Assembly (NCBI GenBank): GCA_964057225.1
Contig: OZ059898.1
Span: forward strand, 868,001 to 932,000
DNA: 64,000 nt
Direction of reading: 5' to 3'
From: Auanema rhodensis
Lineage: Eukaryota; Animalia; Nematoda
The position numbers were made by a program, and so were the translations under genes. The notes beneath the pieces were generated by a model. That model did not search any database. It was not told the origin of the DNA and worked only from the letters and a program-made list of their open reading frames with translations. This document shows positions 1 through 13,900 of the stretch, piece by piece (the first letter of the stretch is position 1; the number at the start of each line of letters is the position of its first letter).

Positions 1-100
1 ACATGGAAACTCAACATACACTAATGCATCATTTTTCAAACGATCATAACTAATTTTTGTATTAAGCGTTTCTCAATGTAGTATAGTGCATTCGATGCGG

Positions 101-151
101 ATTTTTAAGCTGCGTCGATCTGTGTTATCAGATTTGCGCTAGCTTAAAAAT
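101..151. repeat. Inverted repeat or hairpin 1, present in each full-length monomer
   Basis: atttttaagct (101-111) is the perfect reverse complement of agcttaaaaat (141-151). Inner pairing is gcg/cgc and atctg/cagat around the loop tgttat. Confidence 0.93.
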
Positions 152-168
152 GCACCGAGATATCAACT

Positions 169-190
169 GATATAAGTTCACACTTATATC
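169..190. repeat. Inverted repeat or hairpin 2, present in each full-length monomer
   Basis: gatataagt (169-177), loop tcac, acttatatc (182-190): a perfect 9-bp stem. Outer cgag (156-159) pairs with ctcg (191-194). Confidence 0.92.
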
Positions 191-292
191 CTCGATTTTC
201 ACCCTGAAGAATTAATTTTTTCGTTGAATAACATTGTCCATCGTCTTTGCCTTGAAAAAAGGAATTTAAAAACATCTACTTTTTGCTAAATT

Positions 293-327
293 ATTTTGAA
301 ATTTTTCGAAAAAATTTTTGTCAAAAT
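293..327. repeat. Imperfect palindrome 3 in each monomer
   Basis: Core perfect palindrome tttttcgaaaaa (302-313), flanked by attttga (293-299) and tcaaaat (321-327). Confidence 0.85.
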
Positions 328-340
328 GTTTTTGGAAGCA

Positions 341-368
341 ATGTTGAGTGTACATGGAAACTCAACAT
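341..368. repeat. Inverted repeat or hairpin 4 in each monomer
   Basis: atgttgagt (341-349), loop gtacatggaa, actcaacat (360-368): a perfect 9-bp stem. Confidence 0.92.
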
Positions 369-3300
369 ACACTAATGCATCATTTTTCAAACGATCATAA
401 CTAATTTTTGTATTAAGCGTTTCTCAATGTAGTATAGTGCATTCGATGCGGATTTTTAAGCTGCGTCGATCTGTGTTATCAGATTTGCGCTAGCTTAAAA
501 ATGCACCGAGATATCAACTGATATAAGTTCACACTTATATCCTCGATTTTCACCCTGAAGAATTAATTTTTTCGTTGAATAACATTGTCCATCGTCTTTG
601 CCTTGAAAAAAGGAATCTAAAAACATCTACTTTTTGCTAAATTATTTCGAAATTTTTCGAAAAAATTTTTGTCAAAATGTTTTTGGAAGCAATGTTGAGT
701 GTACATGGAAACTCAACATACACTAATGCATCATTTTTCAAACGATCATAACTAATTTTTGTATTAAGCGTTTCTCAATGTAGTATAGTGCATTCGATGC
801 GGATTTTTAAGCTGCGTCGATCTGTGTTATCAGATTTGCGCTAGCTTAAAAATGCACCGAGATATCAACTGATATAAGTTCACACTTATATCCTCGATTT
901 TCACCCTGAAGAATTAATTTTTTCGTTGAATAACATTGTCCATCGTCTTTGCCTTGAAAAAAGGAATCTAAAAACATCTACTTTTCGCCAAATTATTTTG
1001 AAATTTTTCGAAAAAATTTTTGTCAAAATGTTTTTGGAAGCAATGTTGAGTGTACATGGAAACTCAACATACACTAATGCATCATTTTTCAAACGATCAT
1101 AACTAATTTTTGTATTAAGCGTTTCTCAATGTAGTATAGTGCATTCGATGCGGATTTTTAAGCTGCGTCGATCTGTGTTATCAGATTTGCGCTAGCTTAA
1201 AAATGCACCGAGATATCAACTGATATAAGTTCACACATATATCCTCGATTTTCACCCTGAAGAATTAATTTTTTCGTTGAATAACATTGTCCATCGTCTT
1301 TGCCTTGAAAAAAGGAATCTAAAAACATCTACTTTTTGCTAAATTATTTTGAAATTTTTCGAAAAAATTTTTGTCAAAATGTTTTTGGAAGCAATGTTGA
1401 GTGTACATGGAAACTCAACATACACTAATGCATCATTTTTCAAACGATCATAACTAATTTTTGTATTAAGCGTTTCTCAATGTAGTATAGTGCATTCGAT
1501 GCGGATTTTTAAGCTGCGTCGATCTGTGTTATCAGATTTGCGCTAGCTTAAAAATGCACCGAGATATCAACTGATATAAGTTCACACTTATATCCTCGAT
1601 TTTCACCCTGAAGAATTAATTTTTTCGTTGAATAACATTGTCCATCGTCTTTGCCTTGAAAAATAGAATCTAAAAACATCTACTTTTTGCTAAATTATTT
1701 TGAAATTTTTCGAAAAAATTTTTGTCAAAATGTTTTTGGAAGCAATGTTGAGTGTACATGGAAACTCAACATACACTAATGCATCATTTTTCAAACGATC
1801 ATAACTAATTTTTGTATTAAGCGTTTCTCAATGTAGTATAGTGCATTCGATGCGGATTTTTAAGCTGCGTCGATCTGTGTTATCAGATTTGCGCTAGCTT
1901 AAAAATGCACCGAGATATCAACTGATATAAGTTCACACTTATATCCTCGATTTTCACCCTGAAGAATTAATTTTTTCGTTGAATAACATTGTCCATCGTC
2001 TTTGCCTTGAAAAAAGGAATCTAAAAACATCTACTTTTCGCCAAATTATTTTGAAATTTTTCGAAAAAATTTTTGTCAAAATGTTCTTGGAAGCAATGTT
2101 GAGTGTACATGGAAACTCAACATACACTAATGCATCATTTTTCAAACGATCATAACTAATTTTTGTATTAAGCGTTTCTCAATGTAGTATAGTGCATTCG
2201 ATGCGGATTTTTAAGCTGCGTCGATCTGTGTTATCAGATTTGCGCTAGCTTAAAAATGCACCGAGATATCAACTGATATAAGTTCACACATATATCCTCG
2301 ATTTTCACCCTGAAGAATTAATTTTTTCGTTGAATAACATTGTCCATCGTCTTTGCCTTGAAAAAAGGAATCTAAAAACATCTACTTTTTGCTAAATTAT
2401 TTTGAAATTTTTCGAAAAAATTTTTGTCAAAATGTTTTTGGAAGCAATGTTGAGTGTACATGGAAACTCAACATACACTAATGCATCATTTTTCAAACGA
2501 TCATAACTAATTTTTGTATTAAGCGTTTCTCAATGTAGTATAGTGCATTCGATGCGGATTTTTAAGCTGCGTCGATCTGTGTTATCAGATTTGCGCTAGC
2601 TTAAAAATGCACCGAGATATCAACTGATATAAGTTCACACTTATATCCTCGATTTTCACCCTGAAGAATTAATTTTTTCGTTGAATAACATTGTCCATCG
2701 TCTTTGCCTTGAAAAAAGGAATCTAAAAACATCTACTTTTTGCTAAATTATTTTGAAATTTTTCGAAAAAATTTTTGTCAAAATGTTTTTGGAAGCAATG
2801 TTGAGTGTACATGGAAACTCAACATACACTAATGCATCATTTTTCAAACGATCATAACTAATTTTTGTATTAAGCGTTTCTCAATGTAGTATAGTGCATT
2901 CGATGCGGATTTTTAAGCTGCGTCGATCTGTGTTATCAGATTTGCGCTAGCTTAAAAATGCACCGAGATATCAACTGATATAAGTTCACACTTATATCCT
3001 CGATTTTCACCCTGAAGAATTAATTTTTTCGTTGAATAACATTGTCCATCGTCTTTGCCTTGAAAAAAGGAATCTAAAAACATCTACTTTTTGCTAAATT
3101 ATTTTGAAATTTTTCGAAAAAATTTTTGTCAAAATGTTTTTGGAAGCAATGTTGAGTGTACATGGAAACTCAACATACACTAATGCATCATTTTTCAAAC
3201 GATCATAACTAATTTTTGTATTAAGCGTTTCTCAATGTAGTATAGTGCATTCGATGCGGATTTTTAAGCTGCGTCGATCTGTGTTATCAGATTTGCGCTA

Positions 3301-5912
3301 GCTTAAAAATGCACCGAGATATTAACTGATATAAGTTCACACTTATATCCTCGATTTTCACCCTGAAGAATTAATTTTTTCGTTGAATAACATTGTCCAT
3401 CGTCTTTGCCTTGAAAAAAGGAATCTAAAAACATCTACTTTTTGCTAAATTATTTCGAAATTTTTCGAAAAAATTTTTGTCAAAATGTTTTTGGAAGCAA
3501 TGTTGAGTGTACATGGAAACTCAACATACACTAATGCATCATTTTTCAAACGATCATAACTAATTTTTGTATTAAGCGTTTCTCAATGTAGTATAGTGCA
3601 TTCGATGCGGATTTTTATGCTGCGTCGATCTGTGTTATCAGATTTGCGCTAGCTTAAAAATGCACCGAGATATCAACTGATATAAGTTCACACTTATATC
3701 CTCGATTTTCACCCTGAAGAATTAATTTTTTCGTTGAATAACATTGTCCATCGTCTTTGCCTTGAAAAAAGAAATCTAAAAACATCTACTTTTTGATAAA
3801 TTATTTTGAAATTTTTCGAAAAAATTTTTGTCAAAATGTTTTTGGAAGCAATGTTGAGTGTACATGGAAACTCAACATACACTAATGCATCATTTTTCAA
3901 ACGATCATAACTAATTTTTGTATTAAGCGTTTTTCAATGTAGTATAGTGCATTCGATGCGGATTTTTAAGCTGCGTCGATCTGTGTTATCAGATTTGCGC
4001 TAGCTTAAAAATGCACCGCGATATCAACTGATATAAGTTCACACTTATATCCTCGATTTTCACCCTGAAGAATTAATTTTTTCGTTGAATAACATTGTCC
4101 ATCGTCTTTGCCTTGAAAAAAGAAATCTAAAAACATCTACTTTTTGCTAAATTATTTTGAAATTTTTCGAAAACATTTTTGTCAAAATGTTTTTGGAAGC
4201 AATGTTGAGTGTACATGGAAACTCAACATACACTAATGCATCATTTTTCAAACGATCAAAACTAATTTTTGTATTAAACGTTTTTCAATGTAGTATAGTG
4301 CATTCGATGCGGATTTTTAAGCTGCGTCGATCTGTGTTATCAGATTTGCGCTAGCTTAAAAATGCACCGAGATATCAACTGATATAAGTTCACACTTATA
4401 TCCTCGATTTTCACCCTGAAGAATTAATTTTTTCGTCGAATAACATTGTCCATCGTCTTTGCCTTGAAAAAAGGAATCTAAAAACATCTACTTTTTGCTA
4501 AATTATTTTGAAATTTTTCGAAAAAATTTTTGTCAAAATGTTTTTGGAAGCAATGTTGAGTGTACATGGAAACTCAACATACACTAATGCATCATTTTTC
4601 AAACGATCATAACTAATTTTTGTATTAAGCGTTTCTCAATGTAGTATAGTGCATTCGATGCGGATTTTTAAGCTGCGTCGATCTGTGTTATCAGATTTGC
4701 GCTAGCTTAAAAATGCACCGAGATATCAACTGATATAAGTTCACACTTATATCCTCGATTTTCACCCTGAAGAATTAATTTTTTCGTTGAATAACATTGT
4801 CCATCGTCTTTGCCTTGAAAAAAGGAATCTGAAAACATCTACTTTTTGCTAAATTATTCTGAAATTTTTCGAAAAAATTTTTGTCAAAATGTTTTTGGAA
4901 GCAATGTTGAGTGTACATGGAAACTCAACATACACTAATGCATCATTTTTCAAACGATCATAACTAATTTTTGTATTAAGCGTTTCTCAATGTAGTATAG
5001 TGCATTCGATGCGGATTTTTAAGCTGCGTCGATCTGTGTTATCAGATTTGCGCTAGCTTAAAAATGCACCGAGATATCAACTGATATAAGTTCACACATA
5101 TATCCTCGATTTTCACCCTGAAGAATTAATTTTTTCGTTGAATAACATTGTCCATCGTCTTTGCCTTGAAAAAAGGAATCTAAAAACATCTACTTTTTGC
5201 TAAATTATTTTGAAATTTTTCGAAAAAATTTTTGTCAAAATGTTTTTGGAAGCAATGTTGAGTGTACATGGAAACTCAACATACACTAATGCATCATTTT
5301 TCAAACGATCAAAACTAACTTTTGTATTAAACGTTTTTCAATGTAGTATAGTGCATTCGATGCGGATTTTTAAGCTGCGTCGATCTGTGTTATCAGATTT
5401 GCGCTAGCTTAAAAATGCACCGAGATATCAACTGGTATAAGTTCACACTTATATCCTCGATTTTCACCCTGAAGAATTAATTTTTTCGTCGAATAACATT
5501 GTCCATCGTCTTTGCCTTGAAAAAAGGAATCTAAAAACATCTACTTTCTGCTAAATTATCTTGAAATTTTTCGAAAAAATTTTTGTCAAAATGTTTTTGG
5601 AAGCAATGTTGAGTGTACATGGAAACTCAACATACACTAATGCATCATTTTTCAAACGATCATAACTAATTTTTGTATTAAGCGTTTCTCAATGTAGTAT
5701 AGTGCATTCGATGCGGATTTTTAAGCTGCGTCGATCTGTGTTATCAGATTTGCGCTAGCTTAAAAATGCACCGAGATATCAACTGATATAAGTTCACACA
5801 TATATCCTCGATTTTCACCCTGAAGAATTAATTTTTTCGTTGAATAACATTGTCCATCGTCTTTGCCTTGAAAAAAGGAATCTAAAAACATCTACTTTTT
5901 GCTAAATTATTC

Positions 5913-8900
5913 TGAAATTTTTCGAAAAAATTTTTGTCAAAATGTTTTTGGAAGCAATGTTGAGTGTACATGGAAACTCAACATACACTAATGCATCATT
6001 TTTCAAACGGTCATAACTAATTTTTGTATTAAGCGTTTCTCAATGTAGTATAGTGCATTCGATGCGGATTTTTAAGCTGCGTCGATCTGTGTTATCCGAT
6101 TTGCGCTAGCTTAAAAATGCACCGAGATATCAACTGATATAAGTTCACACTTATATCCTCGATTTTCACCCTGAAGAATTAATTTTTTCGTTGAATAACA
6201 TTGTCCATCGTCTTTGCCTTGAAAAAAGGAATCTAAAAACATCTACTTTTCGCCAAATTATTTTGAAATTTTTCGAAAAAATTTTTGTCAAAATGTTTTT
6301 GGAAGCAATGTTGAGTGTACATGGAAACTCAACATACACTAATGCATCATTTTTCAAACGATCATAACTAATTTTTGTATTAAGCGTTTCTCAATGTAGT
6401 ATAGTGCATTCGATGCGGATTTTTAAGCTGCGTCGATCTGTGTTATCAGATTTGCGCTAGCTTAAAAATGCACCGAGATATCAACTGATATAAGTTCACA
6501 CATATATCCTCGATTTTCACCCTGAAGAATTAATTTTTTCGTTGAATAACATTGTCCATCGTCTTTGCCTTAAAAAAAGGAATCTAAAAACATCTACTTT
6601 TTGCTAAATTATTTTGAAATTTTTCGAAAAAATTTTTGTCAAAATGTTTTTGGAAGCAATGTTGAGTGTACATGGAAACTCAACATACACTAATGCATCA
6701 TTTTTCAAACGATCATAACTAATTTTTGTATTAAGCGTTTCTCAATGTAGTATAGTGCATTCGATGCGGATTTTTAAGCTGCGTCGATCTGTGTTATCAG
6801 ATTTGCGCTAGCTTAAAAATGCACCGAGATATCAACTGATATAAGTTCACACTTATATCCTCGATTTTCACCCTGAAGAATTAATTTTTTCGTTGAATAA
6901 CATTGTCCATCGTCTTTGCCTTGAAAAAAGGAATCTAAAAACATCTACTTTTCGCCAAATTATTTTGAAATATTTCGAAAAAATTTTTGTCAAAATGTTT
7001 TTGGAAGCAATGTTGAGTGTACATGGAAACTCAACATACACTAATGCATCATTTTTCAAACGATCATAACTAATTTTTGTATTAAGCGTTTCTCAATGTA
7101 GTATAGTGCATTCGATGCGGATTTTTAAGCTGCGTCGATCTGTGTTATCAGATTTGCGCTAGCTTAAAAATGCACCGAGATATCAACTGATATAAGTTCA
7201 CACTTATATCCTCGATTTTCACCCTGAAGAATTAATTTTTTCGTTGAATAACATTGTCCATCGTCTTTGCCTTGAAAAAAGGAATCTAGAAACATCTACT
7301 TTTTGCTAAATTATTTTGAAATTTTTCGAAAAAAATTTTTGTCAAAATGTTTTTGGAAGCAATGTTGAGTGTACATGGAAACTCAACATACACTAATGCA
7401 TCATTTTTCAAACGATCATAACTAATTTTTGTATTAAGCGTTTCTCAATGTAGTATAGTGCATTCGATGCGGATTTTTAAGCTGCGTCGATCTGTGTTAT
7501 CAGATTTGCGCTAGCTTAAAAATGCACCGCGATATCAACTGATATAAGTTCACACTTATATCCTCGATTTTCACCCTGAAGAATTAATTTTTTCGTTGAA
7601 TAACATTGTCCATCGTCTTTGCCTTGAAAAAAGGAATCTAAAAACATCTACTTTTTGCTAAATTATTTTGAAATTTTTCGAAAAAATTTTTGTCAAAATG
7701 TTTTTGGAAGCAATGTTGAGTGTACATGGAAACTCAACATACACTAATGCATCATTTTTCAAACGATCATAACTAATTTTTGTATTAAACGTTTTTCAAT
7801 GTAGTATAGTGCATTCGATGCGGATTTTTAAGATGCGTCGATCTGTGTTATCAGATTTGCGCTAGCTTAAAAATGCACCGAGATATCAACTGGTATAAGT
7901 TCACACTTATATCCTCGATTTTCACCCTGAAGAATTAATTTTTTCGTCGAATAACATTGTCCATCGTCTTTGCCTTGAAAAAAGGAATCTAAAAACATCT
8001 ACTTTTTGCTAAATTATTCTGAAATTTTTCGAAAAAATTTTTGTCAAAATGTTTTTGGAAGCAATGTTGAGTGTACATGGAAACTCAACATACACTAATG
8101 CATCATTTTTCAAACGATCATAACTAATTTTTGTATTAAGCGTTTCTCAATGTAGTATAGTGCATTCGATGCGGATTTTTAAGCTGCGTCGTTCTGTGTT
8201 ATCAGATTTGCGCTAGCTTAAAAATGCACCGAGATATCAACTGGTATAAGTTCACACTTATATCCTCGATTTTCACCCTGAAGAATTAATTTTTTCGTCG
8301 AATAACATTGTCCATCGTCTTTGCCTTGAAAAAAGGAATCTAAAAACATCTACTTTTTGCTAAATTATTTTGAAATTTTTCGAAAAAATTTTTGTCAAAA
8401 TGTTTTTGGAAGCAATGTTGAGTGTACATGGAAACTCAACATACACTAATGCATCATTTTTCAAACGGTCATAACTAATTTTTGTATTAAGCGTTTCTCA
8501 ATGTAGTATAGTGCATTCGATGCGGATTTTTAAGCTGCGTCGATCTGTGTTATCCGATTTGCGCTAGCTTAAAAATGCACCGAGATATCAACTGATATAA
8601 GTTCACACTTATATCCTCGATTTTCACCCTGAAGAATTAATTTTTTCGTTGAATAACATTGTCCATCGTCTTTGCCTTGAAAAAAGGAATCTAAAAACAT
8701 CTACTTTTCGCCAAATTATTTTGAAATTTTTCGAAAAAATTTTTGTCAAAATGTTTTTGGAAGCAATGTTGAGTGTACATGGAAACTCAACATACACTAA
8801 TGCATCATTTTTCAAACGATCATAACTAATTTTTGTATTAAGCGTTTCTCAATGTAGTATAGTGCATTCGATGCGGATTTTTAAGCTGCGTCGATCTGTG

Positions 8901-10924
8901 TTATCAGATTTGCGCTAGCTTAAAAATGCACCGAGATATCAACTGATATAAGTTCACACATATATCCTCGATTTTCACCCTGAAGAATTAATTTTTTCGT
9001 TGAATAACATTGTCCATCGTCTTTGCCTTAAAAAAAGGAATCTAAAAACATCTACTTTTTGCTAAATTATTTTGAAATTTTTCGAAAAAATTTTTGTCAA
9101 AATGTTTTTGGAAGCAATGTTGAGTGTACATGGAAACTCAACATACACTAATGCATCATTTTTCAAACGATCATAACTAATTTTTGTATTAAGCGTTTCT
9201 CAATGTAGTATAGTGCATTCGATGCGGATTTTTAAGCTGCGTCGATCTGTGTTATCAGATTTGCGCTAGCTTAAAAATGCACCGAGATATCAACTGATAT
9301 AAGTTCACACTTATATCCTCGATTTTCACCCTGAAGAATTAATTTTTTCGTTGAATAACATTGTCCATCGTCTTTGCCTTGAAAAAAGGAATCTAAAAAC
9401 ATCTACTTTTCGCCAAATTATTTTGAAATATTTCGAAAAAATTTTTGTCAAAATGTTTTTGGAAGCAATGTTGAGTGTACATGGAAACTCAACATACACT
9501 AATGCATCATTTTTCAAACGATCATAACTAATTTTTGTATTAAGCGTTTCTCAATGTAGTATAGTGCATTCGATGCGGATTTTTAAGCTGCGTCGATCTG
9601 TGTTATCAGATTTGCGCTAGCTTAAAAATGCACCGAGATATCAACTGATATAAGTTCACACTTATATCCTCGATTTTCACCCTGAAGAATTAATTTTTTC
9701 GTTGAATAACATTGTCCATCGTCTTTGCCTTGAAAAAAGGAATCTAGAAACATCTACTTTTTGCTAAATTATTTTGAAATTTTTCGAAAAAAATTTTTGT
9801 CAAAATGTTTTTGGAAGCAATGTTGAGTGTACATGGAAACTCAACATACACTAATGCATCATTTTTCAAACGATCATAACTAATTTTTGTATTAAGCGTT
9901 TCTCAATGTAGTATAGTGCATTCGATGCGGATTTTTAAGCTGCGTCGATCTGTGTTATCAGATTTGCGCTAGCTTAAAAATGCACCGCGATATCAACTGA
10001 TATAAGTTCACACTTATATCCTCGATTTTCACCCTGAAGAATTAATTTTTTCGTTGAATAACATTGTCCATCGTCTTTGCCTTGAAAAAAGGAATCTAAA
10101 AACATCTACTTTTTGCTAAATTATTTTGAAATTTTTCGAAAAAATTTTTGTCAAAATGTTTTTGGAAGCAATGTTGAGTGTACATGGAAACTCAACATAC
10201 ACTAATGCATCATTTTTCGAACGATCATAACTAATTTTTGTATTAAACGTTTTTCAATGTAGTATAGTGCATTCGATGCGGATTTTTAAGATGCGTCGAT
10301 CTGTGTTATCAGATTTGCGCTAGCTTAAAAATGCACCGAGATATCAACTGGTATAAGTTCACACTTATATCCTCGATTTTCACCCTGAAGAATTAATTTT
10401 TTCGTCGAATAACATTGTCCATCGTCTTTGCCTTGAAAAAAGGAATCTAAAAACATCTACTTTTTGCTAAATTATTCTGAAATTTTTCGAAAAAATTTTT
10501 GTCAAAATGTTTTTGGAAGCAATGTTGAGTGTACATGGAAACTCAACATACACTAATGCATCATTTTTCAAACGATCATAACTAATTTTTGTATTAAGCG
10601 TTTCTCAATGTAGTATAGTGCATTCGATGCGGATTTTTAAGCTGCGTCGTTCTGTGTTATCAGATTTGCGCTAGCTTAAAAATGCACCGAGATATCAACT
10701 GGTATAAGTTCACACTTATATCCTCGATTTTCACCCTGAAGAATTAATTTTTTCGTCGAATAACATTGTCCATCGTCTTTGCCTTGAAAAAAGGAATCTA
10801 AAAACATCTACTTTTTGCTAAATTATTTTGAAATTTTTCGAAAAAATTTTTGTCAAAATGTTTTTGGAAGCAATGTTGAGTGTACATGGAAACTCAACAT
10901 ACACTAATGCATCATTTTTCAAAC
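5913..10924 (+). repeat. 7-monomer HOR, two copies, period 2458 bp
   Basis: More than 12 diagnostic variants recur at +2458 (7x351 plus a shared 1-bp A insertion), e.g. ggtcata about 6010/8468, atccgat 6096/8554, ctagaaa 7289/9747, accgcg 7530/9988, agatgcg 7833/10291. ORF pairs 6166/8624 and 6868/9326 agree. Confidence 0.93.
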
Positions 10925-13900
10925 AATCATAACTAATTTTTGTATTAAGCGTTTCTCAATGTAGTATAGTGCATTCGATGCGGATTTTTAAGCTGCGTCG
11001 ATCTGTGTTATCAGATTTGCGCTAGCTTAAAAATGCACCGAGATATCAACTGATATAAGTTCACACTTATATCCTCGATTTTCACCCTGAAGAATTAATT
11101 TTTTCGTTGAATAACATTGTCCATCGTCTTTGCCTTGAAAAAAGGAATCTAAAAACATCTACTTTTTGCTAAATTATTTTGAAATTTTTCGAAAAAATTT
11201 TTGTCAAAATGTTTTTGGAAGCAATGTTGAGTGTACATGGAAACTCAACATACACTAATGCATCATTTTTCAAACGATCATAACTAATTTTTGTATTAAG
11301 CGTTTCTCAATGTAGTATAGTGCATTCGATGCGGATTTTTAAGCTGCGTCGATCTGTGTTATCAGATTTGCGCTAGCTTAAAAATGCACCGAGATATCAA
11401 CTGATATAAGTTCACACTTATATCCTCGATTTTCACCCTGAAGAATTAATTTTTTCGTCAAATAACATTGTCCATCGTCTTTGCCTTGAAAAAAGGAATC
11501 TAAAAACATCTACTTTTTGCTAAATTATTCTGAAATTTTTCGAAAAAATTTTTGTCAAAATGTTTTTGGAAGCAATGTTGAGTGTACATGGAAACTCAAC
11601 ATACACTAATGCATCATTTTTCAAACGATCATAACTAATTTTTGTGTTAAGCGTTTCTCAATGTAGTATAGTGCATTCGATGCGGATTTTTAAGCTGCGT
11701 CGTTCTGTGTTATCAGATTTGCGCTAGCTTAAAAATGCACCGAGATATCAACTGATATAAGTTCACACTTATATCCTCGATTTTCACCCTGAAGAATTAA
11801 TTTTTTCGTTGAATAACATTGTCCATCGTCTTTGCCTTGAAAAAAGGAATCTAAAAACATCTACTTTTTGCTGAATTATTCTGAAATTTTTCGAAAAAAT
11901 TTTTGTCAAAATGTTTTTGGAAGCAATGTTGAGTGTACATGGAAACTCAACATACACTAATGCATCATTTTTCAAACGATCATAACTAATTTTTGTATTA
12001 AGCGTTTCTCAATGTAGTATAGTGCATTCGATGCGGATTTTTAAGCTGCGTCGATCTGTGTTATCAGATTTGCGCTAGCTTAAAAATGCACCGAGATATC
12101 AACTGATATAAGTTCACACTTATATCCTCGATTTTCGCCCTGAAGAATTAATTTTTTCGTTGAATAACATTGTCCATCGTCTTTGCCTTGAAAAAAGGAA
12201 TCTAAAAACATCTACTTTTCGCCAAATTATTTTGAAATATTTCGAAAAAATTTTTGTCAAAATGTTTTTGGAAGCAATGTTGAGTGTACATGGAAACTCA
12301 ACATACACTAATGCATCATTTTTCAAACGATCATAACTAATTTTTGTATTAAGCGTTTCTCAATGTAGTATAGTGCATTCGATGCGGATTTTTAAGCTGC
12401 GTCGATCTGTGTTATCAGATTTGCGCTAGCTTAAAAATGCACCGAGATATCAACTGATATAAGTTCACACTTATATCCTCGATTTTCACCCTGAAGAATT
12501 AATTTTTTCGTTGAATAACATTGTCCATCGTCTTTGCCTTGAAAAAAGGAATCTAAAAACATCTTCTTTTTGCTAAATTTTTTTGAAATTTTTCGAAAAA
12601 ATTTTTGTCAAAATGTTCTTGGAAGCAATGTTGAGTGTACATGGAAACTCAACATACACTAATGCATCATTTTTCAAACGATCATAACTAATTTTTGTAT
12701 TAAGCGTTTCTCAATGTAGTATAGTGCATTCGATGCGAATTTTTAAGCTGCGTCGATCTGTGTTATCAGATTTGCGCTAGCTTAAAAATGCACCGAGATA
12801 TCAACTGATATAAGTTCACACTTATATCCTCGATTTTCACCCTGAAGAATTAATTTTTTCGTTGAATAACATTGTCCATCGTCTTTGCCTTGAAAAAAGG
12901 AATCTAAAAACATCTACTTTTTGCTAAATTATCTTGAAATTTTTCGAAAAAATTTTTGTCAAAATGTTTTTGGAAGCAATGTTGAGTGTACATGGAAACT
13001 CAACATACACTAATGCATCATTTTTCAAACGATCATAACTAATTTTTGTATTAAGCGTTTCTCAATGTAGTATAGTGCATTCGATGCGGATTTTTAAGCT
13101 GCGTCGTTCTGTGTTATCAGATTTGCGCTAGCTTAAAAATGCACCGAGATATCAACTGGTATAAGTTCACACTTATATCCTCGATTTTCACCCTGAAGAA
13201 TTAATTTTTTCGTCGAATAACATTGTCCATCGTCTTTGCCTTGAAAAAAGGAATCTAAAAACATCTACTTTTTGCTAAATTATTTTGAAATTTTTCGAAA
13301 AAATTTTTGTCAAAATGTTTTTGGAAGCAATGTTGAGTGTACATGGAAACTCAACATACACTAATGCATCATTTTTCAAACAATCATAACTAATTTTTGT
13401 ATTAAGCGTTTCTCAATGTAGTATAGTGCATTCGATGCGGATTTTTAAGCTGCGTCGATCTGTGTTATCAGATTTGCGCTAGCTTAAAAATGCACCGAGA
13501 TATCAACTGATATAAGTTCACACTTATATCCTCGATTTTCACCCTGAAGAATTAATTTTTTCGTTGAATAACATTGTCCATCGTCTTTGCCTTGAAAAAA
13601 GGAATCTAAAAACATCTACTTTTTGCTAAATTATTTTGAAATTTTTCGAAAAAATTTTTGTCAAAATGTTTTTGGAAGCAATGTTGAGTGTACATGGAAA
13701 CTCAACATACACTAATGCATCATTTTTCAAACGATCATAACTAATTTTTGTATTAAGCGTTTCTCAATGTAGTATAGTGCATTCGATGCGGATTTTTAAG
13801 CTGCGTCGATCTGTGTTATCAGATTTGCGCTAGCTTAAAAATGCACCGAGATATCAACTGATATAAGTTCACACTTATATCCTCGATTTTCACCCTGAAG

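Larger units (their letters stand above)
1..351 (+). repeat. Reference monomer used for within-monomer numbering
   Basis: Runs from acatggaaac to atgttgagtgt, with the next copy starting at 352. About 110/351 G+C, with many A/T tracts of 4-6 nt. Confidence 0.97.

Noticed and set aside
1-351. Tandem RNA gene array (5S rRNA, tRNA, snRNA, SL RNA)
   Set aside because: I recognise no conserved motif or cloverleaf, and frequent T-runs on both strands would terminate Pol III. An Rfam/Infernal search would be the definitive test.
1-351. Assignment to a named about 350-360-bp insect satellite family (e.g. Drosophila 1.688/359-bp or tenebrionid satellites)
   Set aside because: Only the length and AT content are similar. 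I cannot recognise sequence identity, so a BLAST search is needed.
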